This document shows positions 1 to 13,527 of a stretch of DNA of 64,000 bases, piece after piece. A program made the translations under genes and the position numbers. The first letter of the stretch is position 1. The number at the start of each line of letters is the position of its first letter. The stretch spans positions 670,613-734,612 of the forward strand of contig CM082588.2 in NCBI GenBank assembly GCA_040954595.2. The letters are read 5' to 3'. A model generated the notes under the pieces. That model made no database searches, was not told where the DNA came from, and saw nothing but the letters and a program-made list of their open reading frames with translations. Source of the stretch: Balanoglossus misakiensis (lineage: Eukaryota; Animalia; Hemichordata).

Positions 1-1327
1 TCAGCTGTTGCTAATTAGGAGTTTTCAATTGCTTATGACCTTCTCAAGGTACGTGAACTTGGTAAATCTGGGGATTGAAGTATTGGCAACCAGTGACAGT
101 GTACACACATCAATTACTTGTACTTTAACCTTCTGAGAAACAGATTCTGCAGCTGTAAATTAGTTCTTTTTTTGGTTAATCAAAGTTCTTCGAATGTGAA
201 GTCTTCAGAACTAGATAAAAGAGAGTGGTGGGTTCAGTAAACCTTCTTCCACCTTTTCTGTGAAACGTCAAGTTTTCTGAACGAAGTCGTGTAAACTCTT
301 GAGAATAATGGCATGGCCAGAAATAAAATGAAAGAAAAAAAATAACCTGATTAGGCCTGAAAAGCTTGAAGTAGATTCCAAAAATAGAAATTCCACACAC
401 TGAAATCATTGATTATCTGTCAGCCAGATGACTTAGCTAATAATTTAATGGCGACATCAAAACAAATTCACAAGGTAAGATAAACACAGAGAATTAAATC
501 AATTTCAAAATGACACTGCATGTAAAAGCCTTGACTTTGTTAATTTGTCTGTAATTATTGGTTTGGTGTTTCACATAGTGGTGTCACTCTACAGTAAGCA
601 ATTATTACAAAACGTTTGCTTGAACTAATAAAACATGACAATTAGTACAACCTGACACAGAGTACAAGTACAAAATGTTCTCAGTTATCTACTATCAAAA
701 CATTCATGTAGCCAAAGCCAATTACCGTGGATTCACTGAACCATTGACAATGAATTTCCAAATGCCCAGTTTCCGTTTTAAATCTATAAATGTTGGCAGG
801 CTTTTTACTACATGCTGTTGCCATGGATATTAAGACTGGTTCCATTAAGAACTCAGTGGGCCTCGCTATTCATTCACTATTAAACCATTTTTCCTGACAT
901 AATAAATAGTATAAAGCTGAAAAAAATCTCAGTCTGGGGTTCTGGTCACATACAATACAGAAACAAAATTCTCAATGTGAGATTTTACATCAAGAATTAC
1001 TGATATTACCCTGTAGAGCCAATTATATTACAAATGCATGCAGTTGTCATTTTCAAAATAAAGAATTTTACAGATCAAATAAATACCAATATATAGCTTT
1101 AAATAAAAAATAAATTATAAACACTCATAGATTTGTCAATATCATCATGATCAAATGTTGGACGACAGGATCGTATGTAAACTTTCTGGAAGTAAAAATC
1201 AAATTCCAATACAGCCTGTATTAGTGGCCACCTCTGTATAGTGGAAACTTGTCTATAATGGCCAGTAAGTTACTGTACAGTGCCTGTATACTGTGTACGT
1301 ATTATGTAAATCATAAAGAACAAAGTT

Positions 1328-2884
1328 TCAAGATGAACGTTTACTTCTGCAGCACATCAAATCACGGAAAGCCTTTTTGAAATTACTGTTTCTGCAGGCG
1401 TAAATCAAACAGTTTAAGGAAGGATTCAGAAAATAAAGCAACATGGTGATAATGCTGTATGGTCTTGGAGGAACCAAAAAGATAGACATCAACAACATAA
1501 CTAACCATGGCAACCACAGTAAACAAAACACGACAAAAATAACAAACAAATTCACAGCAACTTTGACTTCTTTGCTGCAGTTTACTTGGGAAATGCTACT
1601 CATGCATGATGCACGGCGATTTTTGTCTTTCTTTGTTTTGTCATTGTCTAGGCTTTCATTGGGTGATTTCAAATGTTGTGACGAATTCTGAGTTGTGATT
1701 GGTTGTAAGGAAGAACTGCCTTCATTTTGTAGCAATCCACTCTCTTCGACCCCATTGGCTGATTTCTGCGAGTCCGAATCCTTATTTTCACAGAGCTCCA
1801 GCTCATCATCATTTCCAATCACAAAACGAAGTTCTCCACCTTCCCATATCCTGGTTACTTCCTCTCCACCTGGATTAGTGATGACAATATCAATTTTGGA
1901 CAAGGATGATCTTTCCGGAGTCGATGTGACAACTCCATTGTTTCCACAACTTGTAGGTGGCTTAAAAACTAAATTGTCCTTGGACGAATTATGTTCATTT
2001 TTTTCATCACAAAAACTGACAGAGCTGGTCCGTAATTTCCCAGTCTTCTGAAAATAACCGGAACTGTCTGCTTTATAAGGATTCCTGTTTGCGTCATCCA
2101 TCTTAGAAACAAAGACACTGTCGTTTGATTCTTGTTCCTTAGGTATCTCCAACTCGCAATGACTGGTTGCAGTCACTTCATACGATATCCTGGTTAGAGA
2201 CTCATTGTTCTTCAATCGCTTGGAGCTGGCTCTTACATTGATGTAAATCCGTATGTAACAGATGATGATGACAAAAGCCGGAATAACGGCACAGATGATG
2301 CAAATAAACCAGGAATAGCTAAGACTCTCCGGTTGCTTAGTCAGGCACATATGGACATCTTCCTGGAATTCATAAGATCCCCATCCCACCATTGGCGGCA
2401 AGGCAAGTAAAACCGCAGACACCCAGACTCCTACACATATTAACACAGTGTTTCTTAGTTTAAATATTCTCTGTGTTAATGCACGTCGCTTGCTGACAAT
2501 AACGTACCTGTTCACAGCTATACACAGGTGTGTTAGCAAAGACACTTCAAAAAATGTTATAGTTACCACGGCGAAAAGCATACAGAGTGCTTCACCCCAA
2601 GGCCAGCCTTCATAACTTAAACTAATTAAGAAAATCGGCATGACGATCGAACAGACCAGAAATCCAGCCACGGCTAAATTCGTGATGAAGAAATTTGTGG
2701 AATTTCTCATATAGGGGAATCGAATGACGGCCACGATGGTTATTGCATTGCCGAAAACTCCGATAACGCAACAAAGCGATACAAGGATCATTTGTAATAT
2801 TAAAACAAAAAAAGGAAGTGGTTTGTACAATTCCTCTTCTTCATAGGAAATATTGCCGGTGTTCGGTAACTCTGTAGAATTCAT
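1328..2884 (-). CDS. Intronless class A GPCR, melatonin-receptor/Moody-like (NRY type), 518 aa, long third intracellular loop
   Basis: Seven hydrophobic segments; GN in TM1, NLAVA in TM2, W-x-x-G-x-x-x-C in ECL1, AVNRY, W-L-P in TM6, NCLIY in TM7, helix 8 FKKAF followed by CC. First ATG is at 2884; the ORF track starts at an upstream TTG. Confidence 0.9.
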   Translation of the reverse strand: MNSTELPNTGNISYEEEELYKPLPFFVLILQMILVSLCCVIGVFGNAITIVAVIRFPYMRNSTNFFITNLAVAGFLVCSIVMPIFLISLSYEGWPWGEALCMLFAVVTITFFEVSLLTHLCIAVNRYVIVSKRRALTQRIFKLRNTVLICVGVWVSAVLLALPPMVGWGSYEFQEDVHMCLTKQPESLSYSWFICIICAVIPAFVIIICYIRIYINVRASSKRLKNNESLTRISYEVTATSHCELEIPKEQESNDSVFVSKMDDANRNPYKADSSGYFQKTGKLRTSSVSFCDEKNEHNSSKDNLVFKPPTSCGNNGVVTSTPERSSLSKIDIVITNPGGEEVTRIWEGGELRFVIGNDDELELCENKDSDSQKSANGVEESGLLQNEGSSSLQPITTQNSSQHLKSPNESLDNDKTKKDKNRRASCMSSISQVNCSKEVKVAVNLFVIFVVFCLLWLPWLVMLLMSIFLVPPRPYSIITMLLYFLNPSLNCLIYACRNSNFKKAFRDLMCCRSKRSS

Positions 2885-5800
2885 TTTGTAACAAATGAAT
2901 CGATTCAACGTAATTAAGATGTCCCAGTTATTTCCTTTCAGCAGTCACTACACACTGAATATACTTCTGACAATTTCTTGTCTTTCAAAATAACATGTTG
3001 GATCAGTTCCAAGTTCTCACCAAATGGTTAAACACTTCGTGCATGTTTCCAGCGATTGTGTGTTCAAACTGCTTGCACCTTGAGAAATTCCACACACGTC
3101 AAAAGCAAGTAGGTGAGATGAGGCTGTAAATATGCCAGGTCCTTGATATGTGGTCCAGTACTTGCCAGTACTTGAGTCTAATTAAAGTCTCGTATATATG
3201 ATGGCACAGTTGAACTTCGCCACAGAATCCTTGACCACGTAGATGAATGACGTAGAATTTAGTATAGCCATGTAAAACGTCAAGCTCGAAAATCCTTGTT
3301 ATAACCAGTGTGAGAAGACTCCATGGGAAAGGTCCTTCTTAATGGCCGTGGATCTACCGCGAGACTGTTCCAACGTTCACACGGGCGCACCTTTCTACTT
3401 AAACCAACTTATTCACTCACTGGTCAGTGGGTGCACAGGACAGGACAGGATGTGAGTATACGTGCTGGATTATCTACATTGTACAACTGCCACCAACGTG
3501 TTGGAGGTCGAGAACACACAGACTCTTAAAGTAAACACACTAACACTGCCTTGTACAGTCCGCGCTCCGATAACAGAGTTTTTTTCAAATCTGTTGCGTG
3601 TGAGTGGTTGCTGTATCAGTATTTCAAGTTGACTCAGTCAGGTTGCATTGGTGTCACTGCAGTCCGATGGAATATTTACTCGGCCAATATGATTACAGTC
3701 CTTATCAAATTGACTCCCAGTTGAGGCCAGATCAAAGTTCACCCACCAATCACAGCGGGAGTTATTTTTAGCTCTGACAATGATTTAATGTGGTTCTGAT
3801 TTCTCTGTGAAAGGTGGGTGTGATTATCCACGGTCGTAGGGGTGGGTTCAGTTAGATATCTGTCCTGCGGGAGCTAATTTTAGTCTGAACAACACCAGGG
3901 GACTGCGTTTATCTCTTCTGGTTTCAGTCTTCTGAAAACATTGACAGTCAACAGTGTAACTGGTGGTTACAAGTTATTAGCAATGTTACATCACCAGGAC
4001 TTGCTGGTAGGCTTCAGATCGCATAATCAGCCGGCTTTGGTCAGAACAATAGTTCTGCTTTGTCCAAATCTTCGGTTATTGCATATTTTTGTCGCCACCG
4101 TAAAACTGGAATAACTGCTGTTGCACTTCCAGATAAGCTGACGTTCCTCAGCTAATCAGCATTACCACACAAACTGTTCTAGCTTGAGGCAGTCGATCGC
4201 CGATTACAGCGTATTCAGTTGGTTTGCTGTGATAAGCTGCTGGGGCCTGTTATTCTCTGTCAACAGTGCATTCAAATTCAAGTCCGTTCGAAATTCAGTC
4301 GCCAAAGGCCAGTTTGACAACAGCGTCTTAAATCACATTACGGTCACTGTTAAAAGGCTGAGTTTTACTCTAACCCACAAACCCGGATATCCATTACAAC
4401 AAACACTGTCGTAGGAGCGTGTCTTAGTAACAGCACACGCGTCAGTTTCAATTACAGAGTGGCAACCGAGTCTAAGAAACAGAAAAATTTAATATCTGTT
4501 GTGGCTTTCATCCTGATTAAATGTTGTATGGCTTCATTTGGTCGTCGTGGTGAACTATTTTCTGATATCCTGTGTTATACGTCTGCAGTTGTGGTTGCAT
4601 GCACTTCAGCCAGGATTGTAAATGCCTGATGGATTACAGGTGGGCTCAGACGACAAAAGTTCAACAGAGATTGAAGCCCACACTTCAGTAGAATTAACTC
4701 ACGAAAAATTGCAGTTTGAGTTAGTAATCCAAACCAACTGTCAATCTATAAAAGGCAAGCTTATGGTCTTCTCTTACAACACGAAAACAGCACAATGGAA
4801 GTTACTGCATGACTTGTGTTGAATCATAGAAATATAGACAGGACCTTCCACACCTCTCAGTCATTACAATAAACAGATCTTTTTTAGCCTGGAATACTTC
4901 CTGTCAACTTTCAGCCAGTTTGACCGCGAGTTGGAGGCGATCTGACCACAGTGATCTGGAGATGTATTCCGGTTAAACGGTTGATGACTGGATTTCCGAC
5001 TGTCTCTCCCACACATTTGTTTCCTCGTTTGGACAGTTAATCCCGAGCGAGTGCTTTTCACGGAGTGAGCTATAAATTAGTCACTGCTCGAGCGTCTGAT
5101 GAGGTAACATGCGGTCTCAGTCGACTGATTTCATTCTTTGTACGATAGTTTGAACAGACTTGCAAACACACGACAGAGACAGCTCGGTATACAGCACACT
5201 GTTGTCAGAGCAGGTCACAGTTCCAATGCTAAAGAAAGTCTGGCGCTAAATACACACACTTGTCCCGACAGAACCTATCGTTACACTCCGTTGAACACGC
5301 ACCCCTTTCAACAGAAGACTGCATGTAACAATAAAACCTCACAGCTAAATCTCAGATCACAAGTTTTTCCAAAAGGTTTCCCCCACGCATAGTATTTCAA
5401 AAGACAACATTTTCCACACACAAAAATCAGATGTTTCTATAGTGACCATCAGCGCTGGTAATTTTGACGCTGGGTACAACCATTAGTCATATAGGGGTGG
5501 CATGACACTTTTAATATCACATTTTTATACAAGTATTGTCAAGCATCAGTTTCAGTGACTGCCAAGGTATCTAAATTACAAGCACCTCCAAACAAAAAGA
5601 CCGCATAATTATTCTGCAGTTTACAATTTATAGATTGAAGTAATGTAAATTGTGTTTATTTAAAACTCAAAAACCATTAAATGGGTATTTTACTTTGTAT
5701 AGCATGTTTACTTGTGAGATTGGCATGTACATTATCACAAAAGATCTTGTTTCAATGAAAGTGAAATCAGTCTAAGAAAGTACAGTGAATGGGTCAAATG

Positions 5801-8589
5801 ACTTCATTCTGGAGATGATTGCCTTTTCAACTCTGGTTTTTCTTGAGCCAAAGACTGAGAGGAAGCCCTTTAATGAACAGGGATTAAAACTAGGCCCTTT
5901 ATATCAGGCACAGTTGATAATGATATAGTAAATGACTTGGGGATCTAAGTCTGGGGCTTTAATGGCCTGGTGGTTGATATCTAGATTTTTAATCCAGGAG
6001 TAAAACTGAACCTATCATTATATACCAAGGCTTTTAGTAACCCATATCTTAATTATTCATGAGCTGTCATTAGGGGCTTCCCGTCCAAGGTCATTAACCT
6101 TTAGATTAGGCAACAGGTATTGATTCTGAGTATACTTGCGCAACATGCAAAATACTGAGTTAATTGACTTGAAACACTAGTCTTCTGTACTCCCTTGTGT
6201 GATTGATCTAATGAATAAATTAAACTATTACATCAAACCCACTTTGCAATTCAGTTTCAGCATAGCTTAGTGAAGTCACTGGTAACTATGGCAACACCGG
6301 AGCACCTTGACATCGAGCAGATTCCCTTTTGGCAGTTATGCAAAAGGTTTTCATGGAGTCAATATTGTCACATCAAACAAGGGCCAGGAAATGTTGCATC
6401 TAGGTGATTTAGAAACCCTACTTGTCTAGTTTGTCATTTCTTGTTTGCTGGCAGTCTTTCACCAAGAACAAACACACATAGCAATAGGTCACTAACCTCA
6501 TCTCACAAACAAGTGAATTTAATCAAATTTAAACACATGTGTTGAAGCTGTGGAGCAGTAATATAGATTGAATACCACTTCTGTTTGGGACGGTCAAAAT
6601 GGAATTTGATACCGGTTAATCAAGTAAGTGGAAAACCATGTTCTTTTTTCGATAAAATGAATAATTGACTCGATTATCAGTTGCATGCGTTGCACATCTC
6701 TTCAATTTATGCTCAAAATATGATTATGGCAATTATAACTGAGCTCATAATTAAACAATACAGATGACAGAGGTGAAGTTCAGCACTTTCCTGGCAATGG
6801 GCAAGATATTGGACTGATAGAGGGCGCATATTACACAAATAACGCCCAACTTTTGATAGTAGAAAACGATGACATAACTGAGCACCTGAGGGCAGCCTTT
6901 CTGACAAGTGCTCGCGAACACGATTTGAATCGAATTATTACCTGAAAGGTACGGTTTAGAGCTTTGGAAACACAACACAGTTAGGGAGTACCCTGAGTCT
7001 CGAAACATAAGTGAAGATGACGTACGATTCAAACTTGCTGGCAGAGTTTAAATTTAAACGTACCTGCCGTTTCAACTTGACGCAATGAATGATCTCGTTA
7101 TCTATGGTCATGGTGAGTCACGTACTATCTTTTTTCTCCCATAAAACGTGACCTAAACTACATTGTTCAGATCAAGGTGAGTTGCATATTACCTTTTTTA
7201 TCACATATATAGAATAATCAGTCATTACTATTTTTGAACACTGGAAATTTTTCTTTACATTTATATTTCCAAGTGTTGTATTCATCAAACAATCGCATCA
7301 TTTGTATGCATGAGGATGACTACTTTATATTTTCTACGGTGGTCATAAAAAATTATATACCTCTGAATTTTTAATGCATTTTATTACATGTTTAAAAATA
7401 GCATGCGAAAAAAACATACGGGACGCATCAGGTTAATGTGAAGAACTAGTATCTTTTCACTCTCTGAAGTTTCAAATAGAATGCTTTCAACTCATTAACA
7501 CAAACAGATATCTATTTCAAATCATACTGTTGGTTTAGCCTTTTGTTATTAACAACTTTTACCGCGGAAAAGTGAAATCCAAGAGTTTCATTTGATGTCA
7601 CCACGTTGCAAAGGAAAGCATAGACCAAAATATATAGGTATATGTCAATTTGAGGTAACAGCATATTTTTAAATCATAAAGAGTACCAGTATGGTGAATG
7701 ATCATTCAAACATAAAAAATCATTTTTGAATACATCCATCAAGAAGACAAGCCTAAAAGTTGTCCCAATTCCGTAACCTTGACCTGACTATTTTATTATA
7801 CTTCACACTTAAAAAAATAATGAATTGCTAGACATCACAATACCAAATCAACATTCTGATTATTAGATAGCTTGTTGCATTGTTCAAAATACCACAATGC
7901 AACAGTGCTAAAAATGGATTACATCCTTATAAATCATATAGACATATATTCATATTCTCATCAAAGGAAAAATAACAGTTTCATGAACTCATCACTAAAT
8001 GTTATTATCAGACAACTCATTGAAGAATTGTTTTCTCGACACCCTGTTTCTGTTTTGTATCGGACTTGATGAAATACAAGTCAGGTTTGTTGTGTTATTC
8101 TGTTTCTAAGCAGTTCTGTTGCTTTCGATCGATTGATGAAATTCAATATTCTGAGTGATGTACAAGTCAACAATTCAAATCAATTAACGGCTTAATTCTT
8201 GTTTGTCTGGGCAAACTTCCTGACAATTAAGTGTAAAGGAAATTGATGAAATAAATACGTGGCAAGTGTACAGATGCAACACACGTCGATAAAATGGAAT
8301 TATCCAGAATGTAGTCAGAATATCATCAGTGTTTACAGTACGTTCATTCATGTTGGCGCACTGGTAACAGATGTTTGAACATAAATCTCTACAAATGACT
8401 GCAAAGACAACCATACAACATTTCATGCCAAACTGATGCAGCTGTACGCTATCCCTATGGAGCTCTATATCCACTCACAGTGAGTTAAAATACTGTCTTG
8501 GCTAGAGCATCAGTTGTATGAACATTGGGTATCCCCTCACCTAGACAGAAGTCTATCCTGGCCTTTCTGGGCTTTGCCAAAGAGACAAG

Positions 8590-8652
8590 TCTAGTGTCAT
8601 ACATGGAACCTCTAGTGTCATGCACTGAACTTCTAGAGTCATGCATGTTTGA
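8590..8652. repeat. Degenerate 21-bp tandem repeat, 3 copies
   Basis: TCTAGTGTCATACATGGAACC / TCTAGTGTCATGCACTGAACT / TCTAGAGTCATGCATG... Confidence 0.7.
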
Positions 8653-11600
8653 TTTCAGCATCATATCATCCAAGTCCATGAATATAGATGTTTACAACCA
8701 GAGTGAAAGTCAAAGCCAAAGGAGAGTTACTAATCTCTCTTTAGAATTCGTTTATAGCCTTCAAATGAATGAATACATGTATGATTACATATACAATAAG
8801 CATTTATATTAGTGTACATCAAAGTAAGACACAAAAGAGATTTCAGTGTTCATTAGAAGAAAACGAGACAACTCATTATAATTGAGGATTAACATTAGAG
8901 ATGCTGGTTGAAAAGATAATTGCTTTCGAACTCTCCTATTTCAATCTTAATCCGTAGCATTAATGTGTACAATTCTATGACTGTCTTGCAAACTGCACCA
9001 CAAACTATGCAATGCTACACCTTCTGGGCTGAATATGATGTCAACAGTAAAATACTGTTACATCAGGAGCCTTGGGAAAGTGTGAGTAGTTTACTATATT
9101 TGGTTATAATGTGCAAATCGACTCTAAGATTTGGTGCAATATTTTCACAAGTTACGAGCATAGATTTCCATGCTTCCGACTTTCGTTTTGGGGAGAGAGG
9201 AGGGGTTTTGAAGTGAAAAATACAATTAGTTTTATGTCCTTTATCCACATGCCCCAAAAGGAATACAATTGGACGACCAGGTTGTTTTGCTTAAGTAATA
9301 ACCCGACACCAAAGTCTTATTAAGAATCTTCAGTGGCTTGGATACCGCACAGGCACACTTGAACGAACAAAGTGAAAAACACAAAGTGTTTTAACAAGTG
9401 GGTTAGAAAAACCACAGCCATTGTGTGAGTGTGTCTCCACATTATCATCATAAAAGTCTGGCCTTGGATTAAAACCACATTTACATTTTATTTTGACAGT
9501 AAATCAGGACTTGTCTCATTTCTGCATATAAACAGTACATCGTTTCTGCCTGGTCTGTCACTGCACAGAATTGATTCCAAGAGAACTGCCTCGCCAAAGA
9601 CCACCGTACCAATACTGACCAGTACATCTAAACTACAGGACATTCCATGAAGTTCATATGAATCTAGCAATACAGTTAGTGGAGTAGAGTCCCGGTAGGT
9701 ATATACTGTCTGCTGACACGTGGATTTTGTCCTTACTTGATCGCCTGATATGTTTTGACACTGCAAAAATGTTATCAAGTTTAAAAATACAACATGACAC
9801 TATTTAGAGCGTTCATGTTGCTGGTACGACATATGTTACAATCAGTCTAACAGATGAACTGTGGTATTTGGAACAAAACTCTTATTACTCACCTCCAACC
9901 AACGTGGAGTTCTATCATAAAATAGGTCACTTAATATGTAGACTTCGCTGTCAATAAACCAAAAGAAAATTGAAAACTTCAGGCTTTCATGTTATAGTAC
10001 AAAAGATGCATACACATCAAAAGATGACCTCCAAATTTTCATTTAAGATTTCATTTCACTACTCTATGATAAATTTTCTTAGGTGACTACACACAGTATT
10101 TTGCAAATATCCTAATTTTTGCATTAGCGTAAAATTATGTAAGTAAGAGTGTGTCTGTGCGGAGCCACTCTTTAGATAACTACTTTAGCATTGTTTGTAG
10201 TGTTCTGATTGCCAATGAAATTGAAGGATAGGATTTTAAAGTCGGTATTAATATTTCTTCACTCAGAGAAGCACTCTCCAAGGTGACAGGATGTTGACTG
10301 TGATATTTTTAGTGTTTGCACGTCAGAGATTATAACAAACAGGCACGAGTGCAGAGTTGCACGTGACATACTTAACAATTAAACATTTTTTACGAGAGGT
10401 TCTTGATCACAGCTCACATCAGTAGAGCACTGGAATACGAACTTGAAACTGTGAGTATAATTTTACTGTACGACTTTTAGGAAACAAGGTATATCCATTA
10501 TGGAATGTCTTCAGGTGACTTGTGGTACATTTGAAGGAACTACAACACGTCTTATGACAGTCCATGATTCAGTAATTCCATATTTATGGTGCAAATTTAA
10601 CACATTTTGCGGTCATGTAAGAAAAAGAATCTCACATTTCAGATATTTGGTCTCACACTCCTCAAATGACATATCGCCAACTCAACGAGAAATCTAATCC
10701 CAAGACCTTGAGTTTATGAGATTCTATTAATCGCATGGGAGACAACCAAGTTGGTAATGTACCTGAAATGTATTGATTGGCACTCCAGAATGATATATTG
10801 ATATTATAAGCATTAATCCTAATCAGAGCTTAGATTGAATTAAATTTGTAAGTCAGATTGAAACATATGTGTCAGCTTATACAGGCACCGCACAGCAAAT
10901 TACTACAGGCTTGTTCACAAAATACTCTCCTGGTTAATATATCATCAGAAAAACAGAGCAATGCTTCTAAGATTGGCATATTTATAGGATTCAGAGTGCT
11001 GCAAGATTATCGTACACTTCAGCATTAGTTACGGCAGTAGATGTGTATACTGCAGCAGCCATAGCTGCATATGATATATATTTTGTTCTTGTGGAAAAAT
11101 ACAATCTTGCTTCCTATAAGAACTTACGATGAACATAATAATGTCATCACTTCTCAGCGTTTGCTATCACTTTATAAATTGAAGTGGACCACGATCTGAC
11201 TTTTTAATTTCATTACAAGCAGCTACTAATAATGTCTGTTACCTCATACAGCATCCTGATACAGGAAATTCTCTCTGGTGACCACACACAGAGATCTGAC
11301 TGCACTCATTAGTGGCATTATTAAAAGGTTACTATGTTGCAATATGTACCACTAATTAGGTCCTTTCACAGTTATTTATCAAGTGCTTGTTACACGAACC
11401 ATCTCTGCCATGAAGTGGAAGCAATGGCCATCAATATAAGGCATGGAAATACTCAACAATGGATCTACTACAGATACCCACTTATTAACCTTTTTAATTT
11501 CTTCATATCACCATCATGTGACTTGGTATCCATGGATACTGTAGAAGTCAAGATCTGACATTAATAATGATTATTGCCATCTGCCAAATTCAATATCAAG

Positions 11601-11732
11601 CTTTTTTTTCCCACAGAAACTTTTCCGATGAGAAGAGGCACAGGAGAAAAAAGGAAAACATATTTCCTCGTTCCACATGAATAAATAAGTCATATACAGA
11701 TGCAGTTATAAAGTTACATCACTTCTGTGAAC

Positions 11733-12947
11733 ATGGCCTTTAACCTTAGCAGAGAAACCAACGGCAGTTTACCAGTACAGGAACACCTTGGAACTCCCGG
11801 AATAATAATACAAGCTACAGTTATGTCTGTTTTTTGCATCTGCGGTTGCCTTGGAAACCTGTTGACTATCTTTGTGATTCTACATTTCAAGAGTATGCAG
11901 ACGGCAACGAATATTTTTGTGGCTAATCTGGCGATTTCTGATTTCCTGATTTGTACTGTTACTATACCACTCTACGTGGCCTGCATAGCCCAACAGGAAT
12001 GGCTGTTTGGAGATGCCATGTGTTTGTTTGTGGGCGAATTGACAGTCATCCTCTGCCATGCCTCAGTGTTCAGTCTAACATTCATCGCAATCAACCGCTA
12101 TTTTGTTATGATGAAATCTAAGCATGCGCGACGCTACTTCACGACACGGAACACAATTGTCATGTGTGTGGGTCTCTGGTTGGCCTCTCTGCTCACAGCC
12201 ATTCCACCATTTTTGGGATGGGGTACTGTTACTTATCAAACAAACCTAACGTTTTGCTTGCTTGAATCACAAAAAGACAATTATAGTTATGTTCTGGTGT
12301 TGACTTTGGTTTGTGGCGTGTTGCCAATGATTATAATGACATACTGTTATGTTTCAATCTACTGTTCCATTCACAAAGTGACGGCCAATTTCCAAAGGAC
12401 AATCGAACATGACGCTTTCACACGGGAGAAAAACACTGACATTGGACAAATTAAAAATGGCATCAAATCAGACACTCATGATAATGGACAACAGGAAAAC
12501 GGATCTATCTTAGTAGTCGTGGAACCGCTGAGCTATCACCATGGTGACACACCCTCAACTTCCTGTGATGACATGGAAATATCAAGACATCAAAGCGAGG
12601 TTAATTTCAACACTAAAACCAACAAAGAAACGATCTCTGTCAAAAGACACAAAAGCAAGACAAACAATGGTCTTAATGAGAGACAGAACAAAATGATACA
12701 AAGTCGAATGAAACGAGAAAAAATTATCATGGTCAATGTTCTTATCATCACATTAGTGTTCTGTCTTTGCTGGTTGCCATTAGGCATAACATCTCTGATA
12801 GCAAGCCATATTACAATTCCAAAATATTTCACACTTATGTCTGTGTCACTAGCATTTGGGAATTCATCTTTTAACCCTTTTATTTATGCTTTCAGGAGTT
12901 CTCAGTTTCAGAAAGCGTATCAGGACGTACTTTGTTGCTGCAAATGA
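11733..12947 (+). CDS. Intronless class A GPCR, melatonin-receptor/Moody-like (NRY type), 404 aa
   Basis: GNLL, NLAISD, WLFGDAMC, AINRY, CWLP, NPFIY, C-terminal CCC. ATG at 11733. A splice acceptor (ttttcccacag) ending at 11616 suggests a spliced 5' UTR. Confidence 0.92.
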   Translation: MAFNLSRETNGSLPVQEHLGTPGIIIQATVMSVFCICGCLGNLLTIFVILHFKSMQTATNIFVANLAISDFLICTVTIPLYVACIAQQEWLFGDAMCLFVGELTVILCHASVFSLTFIAINRYFVMMKSKHARRYFTTRNTIVMCVGLWLASLLTAIPPFLGWGTVTYQTNLTFCLLESQKDNYSYVLVLTLVCGVLPMIIMTYCYVSIYCSIHKVTANFQRTIEHDAFTREKNTDIGQIKNGIKSDTHDNGQQENGSILVVVEPLSYHHGDTPSTSCDDMEISRHQSEVNFNTKTNKETISVKRHKSKTNNGLNERQNKMIQSRMKREKIIMVNVLIITLVFCLCWLPLGITSLIASHITIPKYFTLMSVSLAFGNSSFNPFIYAFRSSQFQKAYQDVLCCCK

Positions 12948-13527
12948 CTCGGACACGTGCATTTAGCACGGTAAAACATTGAATGCTCAATAAAGCGTCC
13001 AAGACAGTTCATACAACAATGTATGCAACAATTCCGTTCTGAGTGGAAAATCTTGATGATCACATCTAAGTTATAGGGTGTGTGCATGTGGTCACCTGTG
13101 TACACTGAGCCATAGAGTTTTGTACTTTGTTGAAAAATGGGTTAATAAATACTCAGGTGGATGAAAATCTTGAGATTGTCATTGTGTAAGAATTTTGCAG
13201 AGAAGACTGAAAATATTAGTCTTGAATCCAGACTCGTGTGTTTTTTCGCTTGGCTCACTCCGCACAAAGTCTTGCAATTTGGTCTTCGCTTTTGAAAATT
13301 CGCTCTTGGCATGTCAAAGGACTCTTGCCATGGCAACTCAGGTCACTGATTTATGAAGCCCACAATGCTATACTGTGTGTGGAGGAGTGAGCAAAGCGAA
13401 AAGAAACAAACAAGTATGGATTCTAGACTATGATGACAACACAAGTTTATTTCTTCAAAGACTTACCACTGGAGACGTCACGTTACTTTCTAACAACAGG
13501 GATTTTAAAAGTAATTGATAGACTTAC

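Noticed and set aside
1443-2051. Plus-strand ORFs overlapping GPCR1
   Set aside because: Antisense shadows of a real coding sequence; no motifs.
11733-12947. GPCRs as opsins
   Set aside because: No Lys at the TM7 retinal-binding position (LAFGNSS in GPCR2, LYFLNPS in GPCR1).
13467-13489. Apparent 23-nt kinesin microexon with an in-frame TGA that would read through into the 9947 exon (selenocysteine/readthrough idea)
   Set aside because: It would need a 38-nt intron, implausibly short here. The second donor looks like a local duplication of the first, and I saw no SECIS.
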